Part shown: positions 52,593 through 64,000 of the stretch, in pieces
Numbering within the stretch: the stretch's first letter is position 1
Layout of the letters: each line of letters begins with the position of its first letter
NCBI GenBank assembly: GCA_951406725.2
Contig: OX597829.1
Span: 13,268,001-13,332,000, forward strand
DNA: 64,000 nucleotides
Source: Octopus vulgaris
Lineage: Eukaryota
Direction of reading: 5' to 3'
Program-made: the position numbers and the translations under genes
The notes under the pieces: model-generated
The model's input: the letters and a program-made list of their open reading frames with translations, nothing else
The model's database searches: none
Told to the model about the DNA's origin: nothing

Positions 52593-52648
52593 TAGCAAAA
52601 ACTGTCTGATGAACGGCAACGAGAAACTCAGAGTAACAGATTTTGTTG
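52593..52648 (+). ncRNA. Minimal type I hammerhead motif in a ~97-bp island between (TA)n tracts
   Basis: TAGCAAAAaCTGT-CTGATGA-aCG(GCAA)CGa-GAAA-CTCAGAG-TA-ACAGaTTTTGTTG. Confidence 0.72.
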
Positions 52649-52667
52649 AATTTTCTGCTGCTTTAAA

Positions 52668-52712
<45 letters not shown>

Positions 52713-52733
52713 GCATATATAATATGCATATGA

Positions 52734-52772
<39 letters not shown>

Positions 52773-52788
52773 TGTATATATGTGTATA

Positions 52789-52822
<34 letters not shown>

Positions 52823-52858
52823 TATCTATCTATATATATATATATATACATATTCATA

Positions 52859-52935
<77 letters not shown>

Positions 52936-53119
52936 GTATGTTCACACACATATGTGTGTGTGTATGTGTGAGTTTATGTATCTATCTATATGAAGGGTGT
53001 AGGGGTAGGGAAAGAAATGGTGAGCTAGAGGTGAGATGTAAAAACAGTAGGGTGTGATGAGGTGGAGTGAAAATACTGGAAGAAAAACCGAGAGAAAATG
53101 AGAATGAAGAACGGACAAG

Positions 53120-53650
53120 ATATTAGCAGTGGTGGCGTCGACGGAGTTTGTGGTGGCGGCGGTGCTGGTGGTGCTAGTGGTGTTTGTACTGGTGCTGTTT
53201 ATAGCGGCAGTGGTGGCGGTGATAGTGGTAATATCGGCTGCACAAGTAGGGGGAGGAAGTGGTGGTGTTGGTGGTGGTCGGGCTGATGTGATGATGGTGG
53301 TGATGATGATAGTGGTGGTAGTGTTAGTTGTAGTGTTGGCGTCGGTGGTGAAGTTGGCGGGTAGTAGTGGGGTGGAGTGAGGGTTTGGGGTCGTGTGGTG
53401 TGCTGGTGGCGTTGGGTATTGGTGGTTGAGCGGTGTGAAGTGTATCGTTTGTGGTTTATGCAGCGAAGCATGATGGAAATATTGTTTTCCTTTGTTGAGA
53501 ATTACTAAAAAAAAGAAAAAAAGATGGAAAAGAAAAAGAGAAGAAAAGAGAGAAAGAAAACAGAAGAGGGAGTGGGGTGGAAAGAAATATAGAACGGAAG
53601 AAGGAAAGAAAGAAAAACTGGAAGAAAAAGAAAGCAACCAGAAGAATGAA
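53120..53650. repeat. Degenerate (GGT)n low-complexity tract followed by purine-rich tract
   Basis: Directly visible. Confidence 0.8.
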
Positions 53651-55217
53651 TCGATCTGTAAGGTGTGTATATGTGTGCATGTGTGTGAGTGTGTGTTAGT
53701 GTTTGTGTGTGTGCGTGTGTGTCTGTGAGTGTACGTGTGTGAGTGTGTGGTGTAATATATTTGTGTAATATGACGTGGTATTCCGTAGGTCAGTGCAACG
53801 CTCGATTCTACTTCACTGTCAGGTGGCAATTAATAGGTTCAATGAAACCGATTACTTGTAAAGGGTTATAAACACCCAAAATATAAAGCGTTTAAAAATC
53901 ATTTCTTTGTTTGTTTCTTCCTTTTGGCAAGTCTTTTATATTGATGTATTTGCTTTTTTTTAGCATTCGCTAGTTATATTTTATATATATATTGGCATTG
54001 CAGTTTTGTTTACATTATTTTTGTTAATTATTTTTTCTGATTCTGTTTTCTTCATGACTCCTTTAGATGACTGTGGGTGCCGGAAATGAAGGATGGATGT
54101 GACATTCAAGAGCCGCTGCAACTAATTCATATTAATGATGTCAGTGTTTAGTCAACAGGACGTGATCAAAGACGGTCCGATCCTGACCATCTCATACACA
54201 GCGCATTCAAGGTTGCATTATTCAATATGTGTATGTGTACGCGAAAGTACTCGTGTTTCTTTAAAATGGCTTTATGACGTATCTGATATATCAGACACTC
54301 CGTGCCCACTATCATGTTGTCTAGATTCTTTATATATTTGTGGTAGTAATATACGAGACAAAAACGGGTTACAGCCCCTACATCAACTTTTTCCTTTCTA
54401 GATGAAAAGGCTTTTGTGAACAGTCTTCCATGTTGCAGTCACAACCCTTAAGAATATGGGAGAAAATGAGCGAAAAGGCTCCACCCTAGTATTTGTATTT
54501 GTCTAGTCCTTTACACACCGATCATGTAGTGACTAAAGGTTAACTTGACTTCGGCACAATTTGAACACCAAACGCAAACGAACAATAACTTTCTTCTTGA
54601 AAAGAATTTGAACTGAAACAGTGAAACGACAAATCATTTTAAAATGTATGAAAATTATAGTTTTTTTTTTGTGAGGAACGGGGTTAGTGAGCAATGGATC
54701 ACCACATTGAATTGATCCAAACAATGGAATTTTTGATCTAGCAGAACTGCTGTCCAGATGGTTTCTTGCTTTCCAGGAGAATGAGCTACTGACAAAAGAT
54801 TTTGAAGACCTCTAAACTGCCTTTTGAGCAAAAGAATGATTTTATTTCAGAATGTGAAGAAATAAATTTTTCTGAAAAGGTGGTCTTGAAAATATTTCAC
54901 AGTTACTGTGCAAGCAACCCTAAATTACTTCCATGCTGAACCGACAGCATTTACACAGGCCAAAATAGGTTTAAGACCGATGATGACAGTTCTATTCCTT
55001 CATTAATATATTTTAAACAAAACTGTATAAAATTATTTTACTTTCTACAGTTTACGTAGACAGCACGTCTTACCTCTTTATATAGGCGTTATATATCTTT
55101 CTACAATTTGAATAATGTTAATCCGTAAGTTTTCAATTTCAAAAAATAAATGTTGGTACTGTCATAAACTTATTTTGCTGACAATTTTTAACCATTTGAA
55201 TTAACTGCGGATTAACA

Positions 55218-55490
55218 TTATAGATATAGCATGCACAGCTGACAACAAAGTATGCGATAAGGAAGAAAGAAAAGTCGAGAGATATGACAGGTTAGCTTGG
55301 GAAGTTAAGCAGCTGTGGTCGATGAAAAAGGTAGTAGTAATACCAATAATTGTCGGAGCCCTGGGAACAGTGAGCAAAAATCTCGAGAAGTACGTGGAAC
55401 AAAATAAGAGGTGTTACTTTAGTTCATTGGTAGTGAACAGCTGACACTGTAGTACATCTCCAGCGTTAGAAGCTGTGCAAAGGCAATGAT
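55218..55490 (+). mobile_element. 3' fragment of R4-like family C
   Basis: IDIAC..EERKVERYDRLAWEVKQLWSMKKVVVIPIIVGALGTVSKNLEKY; 3' UTR shared with 166-260; followed by (AAC)/(AAT)n. Confidence 0.85.
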
Positions 55491-55518
55491 AACAACAACA
55501 ACAACAACAACAATAATG

Positions 55519-55586
<68 letters not shown>

Positions 55587-55590
<4 letters not shown>

Positions 55591-56146
55591 GCCCTGATGC
55601 AGTACCAGGCAGTGGCTCTCATGGCTTCTGATCTTAACTGATTGGAAGTGTTATCATCTGCATTGTTTTGTCTTGGTATAAAAGATGGGCTACAGCAAAT
55701 ATTCTGCTCAATACCACAGATTTGCTTGTCAGTTGTTTGACTTTAACCAGTTGAGCATGTCCCTTAGTGGCTGACGATATGTGCATCTCTGATCACGAGC
55801 AGAAGTAGTGGGGGAGCATCATAGCCATGTGTTGAGAGGGATTCTTTGGGGTTTGAATAATTCACCTCTGGAAACATGGGTGGTTCTTTCAACATCCTTA
55901 AACAACCCTTATTCAGGGACCTTTTGAGTGGGATGGGCTACTCAACCTGAAAAAAAAATTCTAACTGGGGCTCACCTGCAAGATCATGTGCTGTTTATCT
56001 TGATATGAGATCACCATGTCGCGCACATATGGTTGTGATGCATGTGCCTGGTGTACCTTTATCAGACGGGTAGTCATGATGGGTATATTGGGCTTCGTAT
56101 ATTTTACCCCAGTGTCACTTTGATGGCATGAACTGCTCTCTCACTC
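55587..56146 (+). mobile_element. ~555-bp (AAT)n-embedded element, copy 4
   Basis: Same termini as copy 1. Confidence 0.85.
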
Positions 56147-56177
56147 AATAATAATAATAATAATAATAATAATAATC

Positions 56178-56226
<49 letters not shown>

Positions 56227-56228
<2 letters not shown>

Positions 56229-56715
56229 GTACATTGTTTTGTCTTGGTATAAAAGATGGGCTACAGCAAATATTCTGCTCAATACCACAGATTTGCTTGT
56301 CAGTTGTTTGACCTTAACCAGTTGAGCATGTCCCTTAGTGGCTGACGATATTTGCATCTCTCATCACGAGCAGAAGTAGTGGGGGAGCATCATAGCCATG
56401 TGTTGAGAGGGATTCTTTGGGGTTTGAATAATTCACCTCTGGAAACATGGGTGGTTCTTTCAACATCCTTAAACAACCCTTATTTAGGGACCTTTTGAGT
56501 GGGATGGGCTACTCAACCTGAAAAAAATTCTAACTGGGCCCCACCTGCAAGGTCATGTGCTGTTTATCTTGATATGAGATCACCATGTCGCGCACATATG
56601 GTTGTGATGCATGTGCCTGGTGTACCTTTATCAGACGGGTAGTCATGATGGGTATATTGGGCTTCGTATATTTTACCCCAGTGTCACTTTGATGGCATGA
56701 ACTGCTCTCTCACTC
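56227..56715 (+). mobile_element. ~555-bp (AAT)n-embedded element, copy 5 (5'-truncated by ~70 bp)
   Basis: Begins at ATGTACATTGTTTTG; intact 3' end followed by (AAT)n. Confidence 0.85.
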
Positions 56716-56740
56716 AATAATAATAATAATAATAATAATA

Positions 56741-57205
56741 ACATGCTTCCTTATTGATATGACTGTCCCAATCGATATAAACGTATCTGTCAAGACCTAC
56801 CAAAAACTAAGCAAGTATAAAGATCTTGAAATAGAAATCAGTAAAATGTGGAACCTGAAGACTAAAACAATACCTGTTGTCGTAGGTGCCCTGGGAACGA
56901 TTGCAAAAGAGGATGATTGCTACCAAGCTCAAATACCAGGAAAATCCAAAATAGCAGAAATTCAAGAGATAGTGCTCATTGGAACTGCCCATATCCTACG
57001 CAAAATAATCTCAAAATATTAAAACAAACTCATAATTTTCTTATGTTTCCTTAAACATTCCCTAGAACAACATAACGTACAAAACCAAATATGTGGCGCC
57101 CTAAGCATAACACCGACATTACCTTCTAACTTGTTGTCGCTTGAGGTCTCTGGGTGAGACTTGGTGTCAACTTGTACAAATATAAAGCAAAAGGCAAACT
57201 TAAAA
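56741..57205 (+). mobile_element. 5'-truncated 3' end of R4-like family D
   Basis: ORF 56759-57022 is nearly identical to 44596-44895; 3' UTR hairpin present. Confidence 0.88.
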
Positions 57206-57807
<602 letters not shown>

Positions 57808-57831
57808 TTAATAATAATAATAATAATAATA

Positions 57832-57878
<47 letters not shown>

Positions 57879-57881
<3 letters not shown>

Positions 57882-60800
57882 ACACCGGGGGACGTTTAAG
57901 ATGTAAGAACGATAAAACAGAGCTCCGAAATATATCCACAAACATCGAAAACAAGGACATCGTATGAAGCCAAAGATTTACTAACAAAGGATTGGACTGT
58001 ATCCGAGTAAGTAATACTAATTGAAATTTATTACTATTTTCGAAACGAAATGATGTATTTTGACTCGATATCATCTCCACCTCTAACACAACACATGTAA
58101 ACATGCGTGATACATTACGATCCATCAACACCAGATCATCCCCGACACCAAACACCATGTACAAAGGAACTACGGAGAAATTAAATGCCACCGATATTAT
58201 TCAACACAAGAATAACAATCGAGCGGTACGTACTTTAAACTTACAACACAAAATGTACGAAAAACTACACGTGCAAAACAATGTGACAACAGAAATGAAC
58301 GGACCGGTACCCTACGAAAATGACGACCGTCAAAATAATGGGCCGGACGTTGTACCTCATGTCCCGCAAATAAAAGCCAAAAGACATAAATGGACACGTG
58401 AGGAATACATTTCTATCTTACACGCATATTTAACAGCAGTGCTCTACCCAAAAAATGAAAATACAACAACACATACATATAAAATATGGAAGGAAAATAA
58501 CATAGACTTGGATACAGCAATGAACCCTAATAAACTAGCTAACGTACGAAGATAAATTCTCAACGCAAAAAAAATATCAGAAATAGAAATAGAACATCTA
58601 AAAGAAAAAATACACCAGGAAAATGTAGATAGAAGCCACACAACAATGCCCAATATTATAAACACTGAAACAGTAAAGCACGAAGACAAACGTAACATTC
58701 CCAACAAACACGATGTAAACAACGAATGGGAGCCTAATGATTATGATAATATGAAAAGTAAAATAATCAAAGAACTGAAAACCACAGAGCTCAAAATGGA
58801 TCACCGACCATACCTCCCAAGAATCAAAATAGACGAAACAACAACACCAATTATAAACAGCATAAACCTAGCCATCACGGAACTAATAGCCTCTGAAACA
58901 AAAAGCGATATCACTGAGCTAAATGACTTAGTATACGCAGCAGCCACTGCAGCCACAAAAGAAGCTGGATACTCACTCAAACCCATCCAAACTGGAGTAC
59001 CACCACCCAAACAAACCCTGTGGATAAATAACATCCAAAACAAGATACAAAAATGAGAAAAGATCTGTCGATTCTTAATGAAATCAGCAGACAATCAACG
59101 CTAATGAGCAACAAAAAGAAAACAAAAATAATCCGCAAATATACCATCACAGAAAAAGATTTACCAGAGATAAAAGAAAAGCTGAAGCACAAAGGATCCG
59201 CCGGTATGAGAAACGCCAGCGCTTCTTTGAACAAAACAAAAATTCTACCAAGAACTTGGCAAAAATAAAATAGAAATCACTGCAGCACCAACGGCAGAAG
59301 AAGTGGAAGAATTCTGGAGAGAAATATGGTCGGCGAACGAACAGCCAAAAAAAAAAGGAGTATTAAAACAACAAACTCAACATCTGAACAACTTTGGACC
59401 CCCATAACAGCTGAAGAGGTCACCCAGACACTGCAAAGACTAAGCAACTGGAAGGCACCTGGGCATGACAAGATCCCCAACTTCTGGTTGAAATATCTAA
59501 CAGTAATGCACAAAAATCTGGCTGAAAATTTTAACAGCATACTAGCAGAGCCAGAGACAAAGCCTGAATGGCCCACGAAGGGGAAAACCATCTTAATTCC
59601 CAAATCAAATGAGACAGCAAAACCAGAAAACTACAGACCAATAACCTGTCTCCCTACTATGTTCAAGGCATTTACTGCAGTAATATCACAAAGATTAAAC
59701 AAGCACCTGGACGAAAACAACCAGTTTCCAGAAGAGCAGAAAGGATGCCGCAAAGACTCATATGGCTGTAAAGATCAACTAATGATTAATAAAGCCATAA
59801 CTGAAGACAGCCACAGAAAGAAGAAAGGTCTCGGTATAGCCTGGATCGACTACAAAAAGGTGTTTGATAGCATCCCCCACACATGGATCCTCGAAACACT
59901 AGCCATTAACAAAGTAGCACCAACAATCATAAAATTCATAGAGCACTCTATGTATAAATGGCAAACAGTGCTACAGCTCCAAACAAAAAAGGGACTCATG
60001 AAAACCAAAGCCATCCCCATTAGAAGAGGAATATTCCAGGGAGACACGCTTTCTCCACTCATTTTCTGCTTGGCATTGTCACCTCTATCTGATATGCTAA
60101 ATAGAACAGGATGCGGGTATAAATGTTACGGCAAAAAGATCAGCCACCTTTTATATATGGATGACCTAAAACTATACGCTGCAAATGACAAACAGCTGGA
60201 AACACTATTAAAGACAGTTCATGGATTTACCAAAGAAATAGATATTAAATTTAGATTAGAAAAATGCGCCAAAGTAACCATGAAAAGAGGAAAACTAGTT
60301 AAGAGTAGCAACATCACACTAGATAAAACCAATGAAATAAAAGAATTAGACCAAAGCCAAACTTACAAATACTTAGGAATCCATGAACTAGATGAGACAC
60401 AACACACACAAATGAAAGAGAAAATAAAAAAAGAATATTATAGACGAGTTAGATCAATACTAAAAACAGAGCTCAATGCTAAAAACAAGATAATAGGTAT
60501 TAATACTTTAGCTGTCCCAGTTATAAGTTACAGCTACAATATCCTTAACTGGACACTAAATGAACTGACCAAAATAGATAGGAAAACAAAAAAAATAATG
60601 ACAGGATCTAGGATGCATCACCCAAAATCTGACATAGAAAGCCTATATATACAACGTATAGAAGGTGGTAGAGGCCTTATACAACTGGAAACTACTATAA
60701 AATAACCACCATAGGACTGCAAAAATATCTACTTCAGAAGGAAGGAAAACTGATACAAATAGCGGCAAAACACGAGCAAAACAAAAAACTGTTCTCAGTA

Positions 60801-61794
60801 TTTAAGGAAGCTGACAAATACAAACAAGAAATCATACCACCTAATAAACACAAAGAAGAAGAAGAAGATGAAGAAACAACAAAAGCTATAAAACAAATGA
60901 AATCCAAACTAAAAATAGAACAGCAACGAACCATGATAAAACGGTGGCAAGAAAAGCCCCTTCATGGTAAATACTGGACTAAACTAAACGCAAAAAAATA
61001 GACAAAGAAAAATTCCAGCAATGGTTGAGAAGCTCAGGACTCAAAGCAGAAACAGAGGGATTTTTAATTGCAGCACAAGACCAAATCCTCCCCACCAGAA
61101 ATTACCAAAAACATGTAATGAAAAGAAATATAAGTAACTGCAGAATATGTGGAGATGGACAAGAAACAATAACTCATATTATCTCTAGCTGCCCAGTCCT
61201 GGCTAAGAAGGAATATATTCACAGACATGACAGAGTTGGAACCTACATACATTGGAAGCTATGCCAACATTATGGAATGACAACAGAAAAAAGACGGTAT
61301 AGGCACACACCAAAAAAGGTCATAGAAAACGAGAAAGCAACTATACTCTGGGATATGCCGATACACACAGATAGAGAAATTAAGGCCAACAGACCAGATA
61401 TAGTTGTCAGAGATCATGAAGAAAAAAATGCTTTCTAATTGATGTATCAATACTGGAAGATGACAACGTGTCTCTAAAAGAAATGGAGAAACTTTCAAAA
61501 TACAAAGACCTGGAAATAGAAGTAACCAGAATGTGGAATCTAAAAACAGAAACAATTCCTATCATAGTAGGAGCATTAGGCATGATAAAACAAATATTCA
61601 GACAAATACATCACAAAAACACCAGGACTTACAAACACATATAACATACATAAAATTGCACTACTAGGCACTGCACACATCCTACGCAGAAAACTTTCCA
61701 TACAATAACCATCAGAGAATCACAACAAATCACAGCACATAGCCAAGGGACATAGAGCTGCACTCGGTAGTGAAGTGAAAGCACGCTATAAAAA

Positions 61795-61797
<3 letters not shown>
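57879..61797 (+). mobile_element. Near full-length R4/Dong-like element (family B) in an (AAT)/(GAT)n array
   Basis: 5' UTR, disrupted single ORF and 3' UTR, followed by (AAT)n. Confidence 0.92.
58103..61708 (+). pseudogene. Family B polyprotein (Myb-like, RT, CCHC, RLE) with multiple frameshifts and stops
   Basis: KRHKWTREEY; WKAPGHDKIPNFWLK; NYRPITCL; RGIFQGDTLSP; LYMDDLKLY; CRIC..ETITHIISSC; RPDIVV; GTAHILR. Confidence 0.9.
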
Positions 61798-61868
<71 letters not shown>

Positions 61869-61910
61869 TTAATAAAAATAATAATAATTATAATTATAAT
61901 AATAATAATG

Positions 61911-62721
<811 letters not shown>

Positions 62722-62758
62722 AAGAAGAAGAAGAAGAAGAAAAAGAATAATCAGCGTA

Positions 62759-62832
62759 CCTGCTGATGAAGATTTAGCCTCAGTAAATAATAATTTCTAT
62801 TTACTGAAATATGTCAGAAACTATGGTCCGGG
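62759..62832 (+). ncRNA. Type I hammerhead ribozyme with long stem II
   Basis: CCTG-CTGATGA-...TCAGTAAATA(ataatttc)TATTTACTGA...-GAAA-CTATGG-TC-CGGG; GUC site. Confidence 0.72.
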
Positions 62833-63044
62833 AATTAAATTAGATGGTAAATGTTTTTATTTTTCATTCCCTTCGAGAATTTATCCCTAATTAGTGGTTT
62901 AGACTTTAATTGTATTTCTAGCGCAATGGATTTCTAAGATGGAAGCCTCTTAATGGTTTTAATGTAGACTGTATTTTAAATATATATAAATATAAATAGA
63001 TTGATATATAGATAGATAGATAGTTTGCTAGATAGATAGGTATG

Positions 63045-63092
<48 letters not shown>

Positions 63093-63265
63093 TAGATAGA
63101 TAGATATATGTAAAAACAGGTGATCTGGAGCACGAGTTGTGATATATAAAAAAAGGAAATGAAGAAAATGCTGACAAAATAAGTTAAGTAAGGGAGAGTG
63201 TATTTAATTAGGTGAAAGTTCTTTTTTTAAACAAAAAAAGAGAAAAATTGGGTTAGAATACAATT

Positions 63266-64000
63266 TTCATTTTTTGTGAATGATTTCAGTGTATAAGAAA
63301 AAAAGTAAGAGTCTTTTACAGTGTTCTGTTTCAGAATATGAAATTTAGTAAAAGCGTGTAATATACAGTTTTTTGTGGAAAAGTTCAATGTCAGATTTCA
63401 GTGTAGAATAAAAAAAGTAAGAGTTTACCGGTTGCGCATTTGTTATGCTTATCAAAAGATATTTTGAGTGAGATAGAGTTCCTTTCTGATTGATTTTTTC
63501 TCTTATCTGACTTTATGTTGGGTTTGCTGTCTCTTATATGTGAAAAAAGAGGCTCCAGAGTTGTTTAAGATTTGCTTGGTTTCGCGCCTAAAATTTCTTG
63601 TGGACAATGGTCAATACAATTTTGATTGGTCATTATAAAGGGGTCACGTGAATGTTTGAATGGAAGTTGGTGTTGGGGTAAGAAAATAGGCTCCAGAGAT
63701 GTTAAAATTTGGCTGGTATCGCGCCTAAAATTTATTGGTCATAATAAAGAGGTCACGCGAATGTGGTCATAATAGAGAGGTCACGTGAATGTTTAGAATG
63801 AATGTTGGTGTAGGAGGCATAACAAATGGGCAACCGGTAAACTCTTACTTTTTTTTATTCTACACTGAAATCTGACATTGAACTTTTCCACAAAAAACTG
63901 TATATTACACGCTTTTACTAAATTTCTTATTCTGAAACAGAACACTGTAAAAGACTCTTACTTTTTTTCTTATACACTGAAATCATTCACAAAAAATGAA
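63266..64000. mobile_element. Foldback/MITE-like element with >=183-bp inverted arms and internal ~138-bp direct repeat; runs off the window
   Basis: 63266-63448 is mirrored at 63817-64000 with 2-3 differences; AGGCTCCAGAG...CGCGCCTAAAATTT...GGTCACGTGAATG occurs at ~63550 and ~63688. Confidence 0.82.

Noticed and set aside
52942-53829. 295-aa Thr/Pro/Phe-rich ORF resembling a mucin or membrane protein
   Set aside because: Built from (CA)n, pyrimidine-rich and (ACC)n low-complexity tracts; no domain or splice evidence.
53770-53880. Unique segment with CAGGTG/TAAT motifs as possible enhancer
   Set aside because: Short motifs are expected by chance; needs conservation or chromatin data.
54680-55000. 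Coding-looking unique sequence as possible host exon
   Set aside because: No ORF of 60 aa or more spans it and no recognisable domain; cannot be supported without homology or RNA data.

Overview
AT-rich, microsatellite-saturated eukaryotic (animal) DNA with no recognisable host protein-coding gene. Nearly all short ORFs in the track are simple-repeat translations. The SINE and LINE content suggests an Octopus/coleoid cephalopod genome (inference). Main contents: (i) several families of site-specific RLE-type non-LTR retrotransposons (R4/Dong clade) nested co-directionally in (AAT)n arrays, including two nearly full-length copies (9177-13757, 57879-61797); (ii) a ~555-bp non-coding element in 6 copies in the same arrays, carrying the same 3' bulged hairpin as the R4-like LINEs, so a candidate non-autonomous partner; (iii) at least 7 type I hammerhead-ribozyme motifs with different stem sequences, including core variants and an inverted pair, in short islands between (TA)n/(CA)n tracts, probably Penelope-like remnants; (iv) two tRNA-headed SINE families, fragments of RTE, Tx1/L1-like, CR1-like and Helitron elements, mariner/Merlin MITEs and several fold-back inverted repeats. 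All alignments and structures were read by eye and not computed.
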